From an uncultured Gammaproteobacteria bacterium (GTDB lineage: Bacteria; Pseudomonadota; Gammaproteobacteria; Nevskiales; Salinisphaeraceae), in the NCBI GenBank assembly GCA_963835375.1, contig CAWIGB010000015.1, positions 157,750 to 221,749 on the forward strand: 64,000 bases of DNA, written 5' to 3'. Positions 1 through 12,006 of this stretch are shown here, piece by piece. Positions within the stretch are counted from its first letter, which is position 1, and each line of letters starts with the position of its first letter. The notes beneath the pieces were generated by a model that did no database searches, was not told where the DNA came from, and was given only the letters and a program-made list of their open reading frames with translations. Made by a program: the position numbers and the translations under genes.

Positions 1-1054
1 CGGTCTCCGTGCGCGCGATCGGCCGCGCCGGCGCCGGCGTGAACAACATCCCCATCGATAAGATGACCGAACGCGGCGTGCCGGTGTTCAACGCGCCCGG
101 CGCGAATGCCAATGCGGTCAAGGAACTGGTGCTGTCCGGCATGCTGCTGTCGGCACGCAACATTCTCGGCGCCTGGCGTTATGTCGAGGAACTCACCTCC
201 ACCGGCGAGGAACTCAAGAAAGAGGTCGAAGCCGGCAAGAAGAAGTTCAAGGGTGTCGAACTGCCGGGTCGCACGCTCGGCGTGGTCGGCCTCGGCGCGG
301 TGGGCGTCAACGTCGCCAATGCGGCGCAGGCGCTGGGCATGGACGTCTCCGGTTTCGATCCGGGCATCACCATCAACAACGCCTGGCGCCTGCAGCGCCG
401 GTGTGGCCGAGGCACTGTCGGTGGATGACCTGATGTCCGGTTCGCAGTTCGTCAGCCTGCACGTGCCGCTGGTCGACGGCACGCGTGGCCTGGTCAATGC
501 TGATCGTCTCAAGCTGATGCCCCAGGGCGCGGTGCTGCTGAATTTCTCGCGCGCCGAGATCGTGGATGAGGATGCCGTGCTCGAGTCCGCTGGCCGAACC
601 GGCCATCTCAAGTACTACGTCTGCGATTTCCCCTCCGAGAAGCTGCGCGGCCACGAGCGCGTGATCACGCTGCCGCATCTGGGCGCCTCGACCGACGAGG
701 CCGAGGACAACAGTGCGATCATGATCGCCGATCAGATGCGCGACTGGCTCGAGGTCGGCAATATCCGCAATTCGGTGAATTTCCCCGAGGCGATCATGCC
801 GCCGACGGCGAACGCGCATCGCATTGTGGTGATCAACAAGAACCAGCCGAACATGGTCGGGCAGATCACCTCTGCGCTGGCGCGCCACAACCACAACATC
901 GCCGACCTGCTGAACAAGTCGAAAGGCGAGATTGCGCTTGTCCATGGTCGACGTCGATGCGGAAGTGGCCCAAGGTGCACTCGACGAGCTGGCCGGAATT
1001 TCCGGCGTGCTCTGCGTGCGTTATCTTGGCGCCATCGGTCGCGACGCGGCCTGA
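1..1054 (+). CDS. serA: D-3-phosphoglycerate dehydrogenase (5' truncated by window edge, apparent frameshifts)
   Basis: Motifs RAGAGVNNIP, GVVGLGAVG, TLPHLGAST and a C-terminal ACT domain, spread over ORFs 9..428 and 106..1164. Confidence 0.9.
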
Positions 1055-1144
1055 TCGACAGCCGTTGCGGGCCGCCCTGGGCGGCCCGCGATCCGTTACA
1101 CGCCGAGCCCGCGCGCTGCGCCGTTCGGCGAGTCGAGCCACACG

Positions 1145-2249
1145 ATGAGCACAACCTCCGATGACGATGCGCTCGCTGATGCGCGCGCGAAGATCGATGA
1201 GCTGGACCAGCGCATTCATGCGTTGATCAATGAACGCGCCGGCGTCGCGCTGAAGGTCGCCGACATCAAGCAGGCGGCCGGCCGTACCGATTTCTATCGC
1301 CCGGAACGCGAGGCCCAGGTCCTCGAGCGTGTCGCGGCGCGCAACGAGGGGCCGCTGGCGGATGCCGCCGTCGCGCGCATCATGCGCGAGATCATGTCGG
1401 CCTGTCTGGCGCTCGAAAAACCCATGACCGTGGCTTATCTCGGCCCGGAGGGGACCTACACCCAGGCGGCGGTGTACAAGCATTTCGGTCATGCCGTGAT
1501 CGCATCGCCGAAACCGGCGATCGGCGATATTTTCCGCGATGTCGAGGCGGGCAACGCCCATTTCGGCGTCGTGCCGGTCGAGAACTCGACCGAAGGGCGT
1601 GGTCACGCACACCCTCGATCAATTGGTCGGCAGTCGGTTGTCGATCTGCGGCGAGGTGGCGCTGGCGGTGCATCATCATTTGTTGTCGCATGCCAACGAA
1701 CTCGGCGCGATCAAGCGGGTGGTCGCCCATGCCCAGTCGCTGGCCCAATGCCGGAACTGGCTCGACACTCATCTGCCGGGCGTTGTACGAGAAGCGGTGG
1801 CCTCGAACGGGGAGGCGGCGCGACGCGTGGCTGGGGACCCGACAGCGGCGGCAATCGCAGCACGGGCGGCCAGCGACTTCTATGATCTGCCGATTCTGGC
1901 CTCGAACATCGAGGACGAGCCCAACAACACCACACGCTTTCTCGTGCTGGGTACGCAGCACGTGGCGGCTTCCGGCAATGATATGACCTCGATTCTGGTC
2001 TCGATCCGCAACCGGCCGGGCATGCTCTATCGCCTGCTCGCGCCGGCCGCCGATGCCGGCGTGGACCTGGCCCGCATCGAGTCGCGTCCATCGCGCCGGC
2101 AGGCCTGGGACTACAACTTCTTCATCGATATCGAAGGCCATGCAGACGATGCGCCGGTCCGCCGCGTGATCGAGTCGATCGAGTCCGAGGCCGTCATGCT
2201 CAAGATCCTGGGATCGTATCCGCGCTCGATCGGGCGCGAGGCCGAGTAG
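1145..2249 (+). CDS. pheA: Chorismate mutase/prephenate dehydratase (frameshift ~1597)
   Basis: N-terminal CM domain, YLGPEGTY, VPVENSTEG, NTTRFLV, IESRPS. Confidence 0.93.
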
Positions 2250-2276
2250 TGCCGATTTCCATCGCGAGATAGCGTC

Positions 2277-3400
2277 ATGCCGAAAACCCTGTCCGAACAG
2301 GCACACGCCGGAATTCACGGTCTGTCCGCCTACGTACCCGGCAAACCGATCGAGGATCTCAAGCGCGAGCTGGGCCTGACCTCGATCATCAAGCTGGCCT
2401 CGAACGAGAACCCGCTCGGCACCGCCCCGGCGGCGCTTGAGGCCCTGGCCCATTTCGATGGGGATCTCTACCGCTATCCGGACGGCAGTGGTTACGAGCT
2501 CAAGCAGAAAATCGCCACGCGCCACGGTGTGAACCCGGATCGCGTCACGCTCGGCAACGGTTCGGACGATATCCTGGAGCTGACGGGGCGCGTGTTTCTC
2601 GGCCCGGGCAAGAACGCGGTGGTGTCGAAGCATTCGTTTGCGGTCTACCCGATCGTCGCGCGTGCCGTGGGTGCCGAAGTGCGCGAGGTGCCGGCGTTGC
2701 CTGCCGATGCCGACATGCCTTACGGGCACGATCTGGACGCGATGCTCGCGGCGATCGATGACCGCACCGGCGTGGTCTTCATCGCCAACCCGAACAATCC
2801 GACCGGCACCTGGGCGACGCCGGCAGCGCTGACGGCTTTTCTCGATCGGGTACCACCCGCGGTCGTCGTGGTGCTGGATCAGGCGTATATTGAGTATCAG
2901 ACGCAGGACACGGTCGCCGACGAGGCGGACTGGCTGGCGCGTTACGACAATCTCGTGATCACACGCACGTTCTCCAAGATTTTCGGCATGGCCGCACTGC
3001 GGTTCGGCTACGGCCTCAGCTCGACGACGGTGGCGCCGATTTTCTCAATCGCATTCGCCAGCCGTTCAACGTCAACATGATCGCGTTGCACTGCGCAGCC
3101 GCGGCCATCGACGATCATGACTTCATCGCGCGCTCGATCGAGTCCAATACGCGCGAACGCGCCCGCTTGATCGATGCGCTGGCGGCGCGCGGGCTGGCCT
3201 GCCTGCCCAGCCAGGCCAATTTCGTCACCTTCGATACCGCGCGCGACGCGCGCCCGGTCTACGACGCGTTACTGCACGAAGGCGTGATCGTGCGCCCGCT
3301 GGCGGGCTATGGTCTGCCGACCCATCTGCGCGTCACGGTGGGCGGCGCGGCCGACAACGATCGCTTCATCGCGGCGCTGGACCGCGTGCTCGCCAGATGA
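2277..3400 (+). CDS. hisC: Histidinol-phosphate aminotransferase (frameshift ~3035)
   Basis: IKLASNENP, GNGSDD, NPNNPTG, RTFSK; pheA-hisC-tyrA synteny. Confidence 0.92.
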
Positions 3401-4305
3401 CGAGCCGTGGCGCGGTGTTGCCGGAGGTGGAACGAATCGCGATCGTCGGGCTCGGCCTGATCGGCGGTTCCATCGCGCGCGGCCTGCGCGATGCCGGCTA
3501 TGCCGGGCATCTTTCCGGCGCCGTCGTGCAGACTCAGGACGCAAAGCGGGCGGTTGAGCTCGGCCTGGTCGACGACTGTCATACGGCGATCGGCCCGGCC
3601 GTGGCCGCGGCCGGGCTGATCGTGGTGGCCACGCCGCCTTGCGCCCTCGACGACGTGCTGAGCGAGATCGCGGCGGCTCGGCGGCCCGGGTCGGTCGTCA
3701 CGGACACCGGCAGTAGCAAGGCCAGTGTGGTGGCGGCCGCGCAGCGCGTATTCGACGATGGCGCCATGACGCATTTCGTGCCCGGGCACCCGATTGCGGG
3801 TACGGAAAACAACGGGATCGAGGCCGGATTCGCCACGTTGTTCACGTCCCGGCGCACGATCCTGACCCCGAACGAGCAGACCGACGCGGGCGCGGTGGCC
3901 ACGGTCGAGGCAATGTGGGCAGCGCTCGGGGCGCGGGTGTCGCGCATGACGGTGGCTCATCACGACGAAGTGCTGGCGGCGACCAGCCATCTGCCGCACG
4001 TGCTCGCCTACACCCTGGTCGATACGCTGGCCGCGATGGCCGAGCGCACGGAGATATTCGCCTACGCGGCCGGCGGGTTTGCGGATTTCACGCGTATCGC
4101 CTCTAGCGATCCGGCGTTGTGGCGCGATATCGTCACCGCCAATCGCACGCCGGTCCTGCATACGCTCGATGCCTATATGGATCGGCTGCAGCAGGTGCGT
4201 GCAGCGATCGCAGCCGGCGACGACAGTCGCCTCCACGAGATTTTCGAGCGCGCGAAAACCGCGCGCGACGGGTTTGCGTCACAGCGGGAGCGCGACGGAC
4301 GATGA
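3397..4305 (+). CDS. tyrA: Prephenate/arogenate dehydrogenase
   Basis: GLGLIGGS, HPIAGTE, HDEVLAATSHLPH. Confidence 0.92.
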   Translation: MTSRGAVLPEVERIAIVGLGLIGGSIARGLRDAGYAGHLSGAVVQTQDAKRAVELGLVDDCHTAIGPAVAAAGLIVVATPPCALDDVLSEIAAARRPGSVVTDTGSSKASVVAAAQRVFDDGAMTHFVPGHPIAGTENNGIEAGFATLFTSRRTILTPNEQTDAGAVATVEAMWAALGARVSRMTVAHHDEVLAATSHLPHVLAYTLVDTLAAMAERTEIFAYAAGGFADFTRIASSDPALWRDIVTANRTPVLHTLDAYMDRLQQVRAAIAAGDDSRLHEIFERAKTARDGFASQRERDGR

Positions 4306-5627
4306 GCGGCAAGAGCTTTCACGTACAACCGGGCGGCACGCTGAATGGCCAGCTCCGCGTGCCCGGCGACAAGTCGATGTCGCATCGAGCGATCATGTTC
4401 GCTTCGCTGGCGAACGGCAGTAGTCGCATCTCCGGTTTTCTGGAAAGCGCGGATTGCCTCGCGACGCTGAACGCGTTCGGTGCCATGGGCGTCACCCATG
4501 CACTGGATCAGGGCACGCGCGTGATCAAGGGCATGGGGCTGAACGGTCTGCGTGCGCCCGCGGCGGCGCTGGATCTCGGGAATTCCGGCACCTCGATGCG
4601 ATTGCTGTCCGGGATCATGGCGGGGCAGGCCTTCGATTCCGTGCTCACCGGCGATGCCAGCCTGTCCCGTCGCCCGATGAAGCGCGTCATCGATCCGCTG
4701 CGCGAGATGGGCGCGAAGATTAAGGGGCGCGACGGCGATCATGCGCCACTGTCGATCACAGGCGGAGTCCAGCTGGCCGCCATCGACTACACGCCGCCGG
4801 TGGCCAGCGCGCAGATCAAGTCCTGTGTGCTGCTGGCCGGCCTGTATGCCGAAGGCACGACACGCGTGCACGAGCCGGGCATTTCCCGCGATCATACCGA
4901 GCGCATGCTCAGCGCCTTCGGGGTCGACGTCGAGCGCGATGGCGACACGGTCGCCGTGGCCGGCGGTCAATCGCTGTCGGCCACCGATGTCCAGGTGCCG
5001 GCGGATCTGTCTTCGGCGGCATTCTTCATGGTGGGGGCCTCGATCGCGACCGACAGCGACATCACGCTGCGCGGGGTCGGCATCAATGCGACACGTCGCG
5101 GCGTCATCGATATCCTGCTGGCAATGGGCGCCGATATCACGCTCGCGAACCAGCGCGATCAGGCCGGCGAGCCGGTGGCCGACATCCGCGTACGCTCGGC
5201 CGAGCTGCGTGGCATCGATATCGGCGCCGCCCAGGTCGAGCTGGCAATCGATGAATGCCCGGCGATCTTCGTGGCCGCGGCCTGCGCGGCCGGTACCACC
5301 CGTGTTACGGGGGCCGCGGAACTGCGGGTCAAGGAATGCGATCGTATCGCGGTGATGGCCGAGGGCCTGGCGCGGCTCGGGGTGGAATGCCACGAACTCG
5401 ACGACGGCCTGACCATCGTCGGCCGGCCGGACGGCGACGTCTTCGCCGGCGGTGAGATCGCGAGCCACGAGGATCACCGCATCGCCATGTCGTTTGCCAT
5501 GGCAGCGCTGCGCGCATCGGCGCCGATCATCATCGACGACTGCGATTACGTCGATACGTCGTTTCCCGGCTTCGTCGATCTGGCGACCGAAGCGGGGCTG
5601 GACATCGAAGCGCGGGGCGCCGAATGA
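4302..5627 (+). CDS. aroA: 3-phosphoshikimate 1-carboxyvinyltransferase (EPSP synthase)
   Basis: PGDKSMSHR, GNSGTSMRL, SAQIKS, DHRIAM. Confidence 0.96.
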   Translation: MSGKSFHVQPGGTLNGQLRVPGDKSMSHRAIMFASLANGSSRISGFLESADCLATLNAFGAMGVTHALDQGTRVIKGMGLNGLRAPAAALDLGNSGTSMRLLSGIMAGQAFDSVLTGDASLSRRPMKRVIDPLREMGAKIKGRDGDHAPLSITGGVQLAAIDYTPPVASAQIKSCVLLAGLYAEGTTRVHEPGISRDHTERMLSAFGVDVERDGDTVAVAGGQSLSATDVQVPADLSSAAFFMVGASIATDSDITLRGVGINATRRGVIDILLAMGADITLANQRDQAGEPVADIRVRSAELRGIDIGAAQVELAIDECPAIFVAAACAAGTTRVTGAAELRVKECDRIAVMAEGLARLGVECHELDDGLTIVGRPDGDVFAGGEIASHEDHRIAMSFAMAALRASAPIIIDDCDYVDTSFPGFVDLATEAGLDIEARGAE

Positions 5628-6322
5628 GCGCGGCGGCGCCCGTGATCACGCTCGATGGCCCCGGCGGGGCCGGCAAGGGCACGCTGGCCTCCGAGCTGGC
5701 GCGCGGGCTCGGCTGGTGGCTGCTCGACAGCGGTGCGTTGTACCGACTGGTCGGCCTGTCGGCGTTGCGCGAAAAGCTCGATCCCGACGCTGCCGACGAT
5801 CGGGCACGCGCAACCGCTATCGCACAGGGCCTGGCGGTACACTTTCTGCCCGACACGGGCGAGGGCCAGCGAATCGAGCTGGCGGGCGAGGATGTAACCG
5901 ACGCGATTCGCGCCGACGATGTCTCCGAAGCGGCCTCGCGCTGGGCGGCGATATCCGTCATCCGCCAGGCGTTGCTCGCGCGCCAGCGCGATTTCGTCGC
6001 GCCGCCGGGGCTGATCGCCGACGGCCGCGACATGGGCACGGTGATCTTTCCACAGGCGGATCTCAAGCTCTACATCACGGCTTCGGCAGAAGAACGCGCC
6101 CGGCGGCGTTATGCACAGTTGTCCGAAAAAGGTGTTGCTGCTAATCTTGAGCGGATATATCGTGAAATCGTGGAGCGCGACGAACGCGACGCGTCGCGGG
6201 ATGCGGCTCCACTGAAGCCGGCGGCCGATGCGCATGTCATCGACACCACCGGCGACGACGTCGCTGCCTCGTTGGACAAGATTCACGACCTGGTGGCGGC
6301 CAAGGGCTGGCGCGTCAACTGA
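5624..6322 (+). CDS. cmk: Cytidylate kinase
   Basis: DGPGGAGKGT, LDSGALYR, DGRDMGT. Confidence 0.96.
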   Translation: MSAAAPVITLDGPGGAGKGTLASELARGLGWWLLDSGALYRLVGLSALREKLDPDAADDRARATAIAQGLAVHFLPDTGEGQRIELAGEDVTDAIRADDVSEAASRWAAISVIRQALLARQRDFVAPPGLIADGRDMGTVIFPQADLKLYITASAEERARRRYAQLSEKGVAANLERIYREIVERDERDASRDAAPLKPAADAHVIDTTGDDVAASLDKIHDLVAAKGWRVN

Positions 6323-6433
6323 CCGGCCGGCCTCAACAGGGTCCGTTCGTGGTGCAATGCCGCGGGCGGTGTTTTTGTCTTTTCAACAACGGATGGCGTC
6401 GACAGTCTGGACGCCGCAGGATTTTCCCCACTC

Positions 6434-8113
6434 ATGTCTGAAAGTTTCGCCGAACTATTCGAGCAAAGTCTGCAGGGTCGCACCATGCAGCCCGGTTCCC
6501 TCATCAACGCCGAGGTGCTGGAAGTAAAGAACGATGTCGTGATCGTCGATGCGGGCCTCAAGTCCGAAGGCGTGATTCCGATCGATGAATTCTACGACGA
6601 GAACGGCGAACTGACCGTCGGCGAAGGCGACAAGGTCGAAGTCGCGCTGGAAGCCGTCGAAGACGGTTTCGGCGCCACCCGCCTGTCGAAGGAAAAAGCC
6701 CAGCGGATCCGTACCTGGGACTTCCTCACCGAAGCCTACGAGAACAGCGAATCGGTTGTCGGCCACATCTCCGGCAAGGTCAAGGGTGGTTACACCGTCG
6801 ATGTGGGCAACATCCGTGCGTTCCTGCCGGGCTCGCTGGTCGACGTGCGTCCAGTGCGCGACACGACCTATCTCGAAGGCAAGCCGCTCGAGTTCCGCGT
6901 CATCAAGCTCGATCGCCTGCGCAACAACGTGGTCGTCTCGCGTCGGGACGTGCTCAAGGAAGAGTACAGCGAAGAGCGCAAGCAGCTGCTGGACACGCTC
7001 CAGGAAGGCATCGTCCTCAAGGGCATCGTCAAGAATCTGGTCGACTACGGCGCGTTCGTCGATCTGGGCGGCATCGACGGCCTGCTGCACATCACCGACA
7101 TGTCCTGGAAGCGGATCAAGGATCCCTCGGACGTAGTCAACGTGGGTGAGGAAGTCGAGGTCAAGGTGCTCAAGTTCGATCGCGAACGCACCCGTGTCTC
7201 GCTTGGCCTGAAGCAGCTGGGCGATGATCCGTGGGTCAATATCGCGCGCCGCTATCCCGAGCACACCCGTCTGTTCGGCAACGTCACCAACATCACCGAC
7301 TACGGTGCCTTCGTCGAAATCGAAGAAGGCGTGGAAGGCCTGGTGCACGTCTCCGAAATGGACTGGACCAACAAGAACGTCAACCCGAACCAGATCGTCT
7401 CGGTCGGTGACGAGGTCGAGGTCATGGTGCTCGAGATCGACGAAGAGCGTCGTCGTATCTCGCTGGGCATGAAACAGTGCCAGTCGAACCCGTGGGAAGA
7501 CTTCGCCGCACAGCACGCACGCAACGACGTTGTGGCCGGGCAGATCAAGTCGATCACCGACTTCGGCATCTTCGTGGGCCTGCCGGGCAACATCGACGGT
7601 CTGGTGCATCTGTCGGATCTGTCGTGGAACGAAGCAGGCGAGGAAGTCGTCCGTGAGTATTCCAAGGGCGACGAGGTCGAGGCCGTGGTGCTCGCCATCG
7701 ATGCCGATCGTGAGCGTATCTCGCTGGGCATCAAGCAGTTGGCGCAGGACCCGATGGGTTCGTTCGTGGCGGATCATCCGAAGGGCAGCATCGTCGCCGG
7801 CACGATCGCGTCGGTGGATGCCCGCGGTGCGACCGTCGATCTCGGCAACGACGTGACCGGTTACATCCGTGCGTCGGATATTTCGCGCGAACGCGTCGAG
7901 GATGCCCGTTCGGTGCTGTCCGAAGGCGAGCCCGTCGAGGCCCGTTTCGTCGGCGTCGACCGCCGCAATCGCTCGATCAGCCTGTCGATCCGTGCCAAGG
8001 AAGAAAAGGACGAGCAGCAGGCGATGCGCGACTACGCGGATACCGATGCCTCGACCGGTACGACCAGTCTCGGCGATCTCCTCAAGGAGCAGATGGCCGA
8101 CCGCGACAGCTAG
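6434..8113 (+). CDS. rpsA: 30S ribosomal protein S1
   Basis: [10 protein letters not shown] start, six S1 repeats, cmk-rpsA-ihfB order. Confidence 0.98.
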   Translation: MSESFAELFEQSLQGRTMQPGSLINAEVLEVKNDVVIVDAGLKSEGVIPIDEFYDENGELTVGEGDKVEVALEAVEDGFGATRLSKEKAQRIRTWDFLTEAYENSESVVGHISGKVKGGYTVDVGNIRAFLPGSLVDVRPVRDTTYLEGKPLEFRVIKLDRLRNNVVVSRRDVLKEEYSEERKQLLDTLQEGIVLKGIVKNLVDYGAFVDLGGIDGLLHITDMSWKRIKDPSDVVNVGEEVEVKVLKFDRERTRVSLGLKQLGDDPWVNIARRYPEHTRLFGNVTNITDYGAFVEIEEGVEGLVHVSEMDWTNKNVNPNQIVSVGDEVEVMVLEIDEERRRISLGMKQCQSNPWEDFAAQHARNDVVAGQIKSITDFGIFVGLPGNIDGLVHLSDLSWNEAGEEVVREYSKGDEVEAVVLAIDADRERISLGIKQLAQDPMGSFVADHPKGSIVAGTIASVDARGATVDLGNDVTGYIRASDISRERVEDARSVLSEGEPVEARFVGVDRRNRSISLSIRAKEEKDEQQAMRDYADTDASTGTTSLGDLLKEQMADRDS

Positions 8114-8127
8114 AATCGCGAAAAAAA

Positions 8128-8160
8128 GAACACGGGGTGCTTGCGTGCACCCCGTGTTTT
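8128..8160 (+). terminator. Intrinsic (possibly bidirectional) terminator after rpsA
   Basis: Stem AACACGGGGTGC/GCACCCCGTGTT followed by a T-run and preceded by an A-run. Confidence 0.75.
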
Positions 8161-8292
8161 AAATAGCCTCTTAACGGTTGTTGCGAGACCGACTGACGAC
8201 GGCGGAAGCATCCGCAGGCGGCGACAGCGTTTTGGGGGCGGGCCGGGTACCGGCGCGTCATTGGGGGGCGGCGTTTCTAGGGAGAGCGCTGG

Positions 8293-8580
8293 ATGACTAA
8301 ATCCGAGTTGATAGAACGCCTGGTGGATCGCCAGGCACACATGACCCAGCGCGACGTGGAGCTGGCAGTCAAACTGCTGCTCGACAACGTGATCGGCGAG
8401 CTGGCCGATGGCGGGCGCGTCGAGATCCGTGGGTTCGGCAGTTTTTCGGTTCACCACCGACCGGCGCGACGCGGCCGTAACCCCAAGACGGGGGAGGCTG
8501 TGGATATCCCGCGCAAGTTCGTGCCGCATTTCAAACCGGGCAAGGAACTGCGCGAGCGCGTCAATAAACAGGAATCCTAG
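8293..8580 (+). CDS. ihfB: Integration host factor subunit beta
   Basis: [33 protein letters not shown]. Confidence 0.96.
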   Translation: MTKSELIERLVDRQAHMTQRDVELAVKLLLDNVIGELADGGRVEIRGFGSFSVHHRPARRGRNPKTGEAVDIPRKFVPHFKPGKELRERVNKQES

Positions 8581-8644
8581 GGCTTTTGCTCTCGACGCCA
8601 GAGGCGCTGATTCCAGATGGCCAATGCCGCCTGGCGCGGCTAGA

Positions 8645-8918
8645 CTAAGGCCTGTTAATGTTTCGCACGGGCCCGCGCCAAGCGCTGTTTTGCGGCAAGC
8701 CGGGGCGAGGTGTGCGTCGTGCAGCCGTTCTGCATCAGCATGCTACAACGCTGGATGGCCGCAAGACAGGGCTTGTCCCTTTGGGTTGGGCCACAAATCG
8801 CGCGCCGCGGCGTTGCAAGCCTGGATCGTGGCATGCCACGACGCGGCGGATTGCGGCTTGCCGGACACGATTTGCGGTCTCCAACGCGGCGCTCGCACGG
8901 AACATCAACAGGCCCTAG
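8645..8918. mobile_element. MITE-like element, family A copy 1 (~274 bp)
   Basis: Imperfect terminal inverted repeats CTAAGGCCTGTTAATGTTTC / GGAACATCAACAGGCCCTAG; related to 19785..20079. Confidence 0.7.
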
Positions 8919-8963
8919 GGCCGCTTTCGGGCCGTCGCGCTCGTCGACCCAACGAGGAATGTC

Positions 8964-9254
8964 ATGCTGCGCCTTATCCGAAATCTGATTGTCATCCTGG
9001 CTGTGTTCATCGGGTTGGCATTCGGATTCTTCAATTACGGATCGACGCCCGTTGATCTGTTGTGGACCAAGACCGAGGCGCCGCTGGCTGTCTTGCTGGG
9101 TCTGGCATTTCTTCTGGGGCTGATCATCGCGCTGATCGTATGCGGTGTACGCCTGGCCCGGCTTCGTTCTCGCTTGTCGCGCACCAGACGCCAGCTCAAG
9201 GACGCAGAAGCCGAAATCTCGAATCTGCGGAGCATGCCTATCCACGATGCTTGA
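8964..9254 (+). CDS. lapA: Lipopolysaccharide assembly protein A
   Basis: Small two-TM protein with coiled C-terminus between ihfB and lapB. Confidence 0.85.
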   Translation: MLRLIRNLIVILAVFIGLAFGFFNYGSTPVDLLWTKTEAPLAVLLGLAFLLGLIIALIVCGVRLARLRSRLSRTRRQLKDAEAEISNLRSMPIHDA

Positions 9255-10434
9255 TGGCCTGATCGTGCTCCTGATTCTGTTGCCGATTGCGGCAGGATCG
9301 GGGTGGGCGGCCAGAGGGCGGTCGGAGCGGCGCCGTCGCCGCGAACGCGTACAGCCCAACGCCCCGGTGCATGCCGACTATCTACGCGGCATCAGCTATC
9401 TGGTCAACGAAGAGTCGGATCGCGCGATCGAGACGTTCATCCGCGTACTTGAAGTCGATAACGAGACGGCTGAAACACATCTCGCGCTCGGGAATCTGTT
9501 CCGACGACAGGGCGATATCGATCGGGCGCTGCGGCTGCATCAGAATCTGGTGGCGCGGCCCAATCTCTCGCCGGCGCATCGTAATCAAGCGCGCTACGAA
9601 CTCGCGTGCGACTACCTCAAGGCGGGTGTGCTCGATCGCGCCGAGGATCTTTTCGCGGAACTCGTCGATCAACAGGCTTTTGTCGAGCGCAGTCTCAACG
9701 GCCTCATCGCGATCCATGAAAAGGTGCGCGACTGGGAGCAGGCGATCGTTGCGACCAAACATCTCGAACGCGCCCGGGGCGCCTCACTGCGACCGGTCAT
9801 TGCGCAGTATCACTGTGAACTGGCCGAGCAGGCCGCGAGTAGCGGGGACGACGACAGCGCCACGCGCCAGCTCAAGGCGGCCCGCCATGCATATCGGGGC
9901 TGCGCCCGCGTGAGTCTGGCCGCCGGCGCGCTCGCAGAGCGCAATCGCGAATATCGCAGCGCCATCCGGGCCTATCGCGATGTCCTTTCCCAGGATGCCG
10001 CCTTCGCGACCGAGATCCTGGAGCCGATGCGCCGCTGTTTCGATGCGAGCGACGACGCTACCGGCTACGTCGATTTTCTTCAGGCGTTCATAGTGGAAGT
10101 CGAGGGGGCCGCGGGCCACGTCGCCTATGCTCGGCACCTGCAGCGCGCAGGGCGGCTCGACGAGGCGATCGCTCATTTGTCGCGCTATCTTCAGTCCGAA
10201 GCCAGCTGGATCGGGTTCTACCATCTGCTGGAACTGGCGTCCGCCGACCCGCGCAGCAGCCTGACCGGGCCGCTCGACAATCTTCGCCAGTCACTGGCGC
10301 GGATCATAGACCACGAGCCGACGTATCGTTGTGGCCACTGCGGATTCTCGGGCCGGTATCTGCACTGGCAGTGTCCGAGCTGCCGGCAATGGAACGCCAT
10401 GATCCCGCGAAAGGATATTCGTCCCGGCGAATAG
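9247..10434 (+). CDS. lapB: LPS assembly protein B (TPR plus rubredoxin)
   Basis: LLILLPIAAGSGW, ETHLALGNLFRRQG, CxxCG...CPSC. Confidence 0.93.
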   Translation: MLDGLIVLLILLPIAAGSGWAARGRSERRRRRERVQPNAPVHADYLRGISYLVNEESDRAIETFIRVLEVDNETAETHLALGNLFRRQGDIDRALRLHQNLVARPNLSPAHRNQARYELACDYLKAGVLDRAEDLFAELVDQQAFVERSLNGLIAIHEKVRDWEQAIVATKHLERARGASLRPVIAQYHCELAEQAASSGDDDSATRQLKAARHAYRGCARVSLAAGALAERNREYRSAIRAYRDVLSQDAAFATEILEPMRRCFDASDDATGYVDFLQAFIVEVEGAAGHVAYARHLQRAGRLDEAIAHLSRYLQSEASWIGFYHLLELASADPRSSLTGPLDNLRQSLARIIDHEPTYRCGHCGFSGRYLHWQCPSCRQWNAMIPRKDIRPGE

Positions 10435-10494
10435 CGACCGTCGAGCGAGGCTGCGATGCCACGGTGTCAGAGCGGTTCGACTCGCAGGCTCAAC

Positions 10495-12006
10495 TCAGTA
10501 GTCGTTGCCTTGCGTCACGCCGCGACGGCATTGATCCTTCGACCATGCGCGGTGACAGGCCGTGACCATCTGGTCGCGAAGCGCACGCAGCCGAGACTTG
10601 TCGTAGGCACTCAAATTCGCGGTCTGCAGCGCGGTCCGCAATTGATTGATCGCTTCGGGGTAGTCGTCGAGCATCGCGAAATAGCGAGCCTGGCGGTAGT
10701 AGGCCTCGCCGAGGTTGTTCTGCTTGCCGGCGCCACGCGCCAGCAGGCGCTGCGCCGCAGGGAATGTGTTCAACACCGCCGTCTGGGACAACAAATAGTT
10801 GCGCATCGCGGCCGGTTTGTTCTGATCCTCCAGATTCTGCGCGTACGCAAGCTTGAGCGCATCGCTATGGGGGAACTGCTTGAGCGCGGACGACAGCACA
10901 TCGCCGGCCGCGGCGTTGTCACCGGCGTGCTCGAGTGCATCGGCCAGCCCCATGTGCCAGGCGAGGATGCCGGGGTTCGCCTTGAGCCCCGCGCGCATCC
11001 GCGCGATGGCTTGCTTGCCCTGGCTCAGGCGGCTGAGTGCGAGCGCATAGCCATATTTGTCGGCAGCGATCGGATTGTCGCCGTGAATTTCGCCCGCGAA
11101 GTAATCGCGGATGTCATCCGCGCTTCGCGCCTCGAGAACGCGGGCCCTCGCGCGCATGTAGGGATATTCCGGGTTGGTGTGCACCTTGACGTTCGGATAA
11201 TCAGCGGCGCGAGCGTTCGCCTCGGCCATGCGGGTCGAGGACACGGGGTGGCTGAGCAGAATCTGCGGCAGTTGCTGTCCATACAGGTCGCTCTGGCGCT
11301 GAAGCGTGCCGAAGAAGCGCGCCATGGCGTTCGGATCGTATCCCGATCGCGCGAGATCGCGGATGCCGACCCGGTCCGCCTCGTATTCATGCGCGCGCGT
11401 GTAGCTGAGCTGCTGCATGCCGAGATGCGACATGCTGCCCATGATGGCGGCGGTCGCCGCGTCACCACCGCCGACCTGGGAGCCCGCGATGGCGGCGACG
11501 ATGGCGGTGGCGAGCGTGGCAATGGTATCGCCGCGGCTTTCGACCATCTGCCGCGCGATATGACGCTGTGTGACATGCGCGATTTCGTGCGCCATCACGC
11601 TGGCCAGTTCGCTTTCCGACTTGGTGGCCGTGATGAGGCCGGCGTTCACGCCGATATAGCCACCGGGCAGAGCAAAGGCGTTGATATCGTCCGTGTCGAT
11701 GACATAGAAGTGAAAGTCGTCCGCGGGCCGATCCGTATGGCGCGCCAGTCGACGCCCGACGCTGTTCAGGTAGTCCGACAATTCGGGATCGTCGATGATC
11801 CGATTCTGGCTGCGCAGTTGTGCGACCACCTGAGCGCCCAGGCGTTTTTCCTCGGTCGGCGTCATCGCGGTATCGGCGGGCTGGCCGAGATCCGGCAGGT
11901 TATACTCGCCGTCGTCCGCAGCCACTGCCGGGAGGCTCATTCCGGTGGCGCTGGCCAGCAGGATCAGACCGGTGGCTACGGCCCTGGGTGTGTGCATGGT
12001 AAACAA
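10495..12006 (-). CDS. bepA: M48 family metalloprotease, beta-barrel assembly-enhancing protease
   Basis: Signal peptide, INAFALPGG, HEIAH, TPR C-terminus. Confidence 0.88.
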   Translation of the reverse strand: MFTMHTPRAVATGLILLASATGMSLPAVAADDGEYNLPDLGQPADTAMTPTEEKRLGAQVVAQLRSQNRIIDDPELSDYLNSVGRRLARHTDRPADDFHFYVIDTDDINAFALPGGYIGVNAGLITATKSESELASVMAHEIAHVTQRHIARQMVESRGDTIATLATAIVAAIAGSQVGGGDAATAAIMGSMSHLGMQQLSYTRAHEYEADRVGIRDLARSGYDPNAMARFFGTLQRQSDLYGQQLPQILLSHPVSSTRMAEANARAADYPNVKVHTNPEYPYMRARARVLEARSADDIRDYFAGEIHGDNPIAADKYGYALALSRLSQGKQAIARMRAGLKANPGILAWHMGLADALEHAGDNAAAGDVLSSALKQFPHSDALKLAYAQNLEDQNKPAAMRNYLLSQTAVLNTFPAAQRLLARGAGKQNNLGEAYYRQARYFAMLDDYPEAINQLRTALQTANLSAYDKSRLRALRDQMVTACHRAWSKDQCRRGVTQGNDY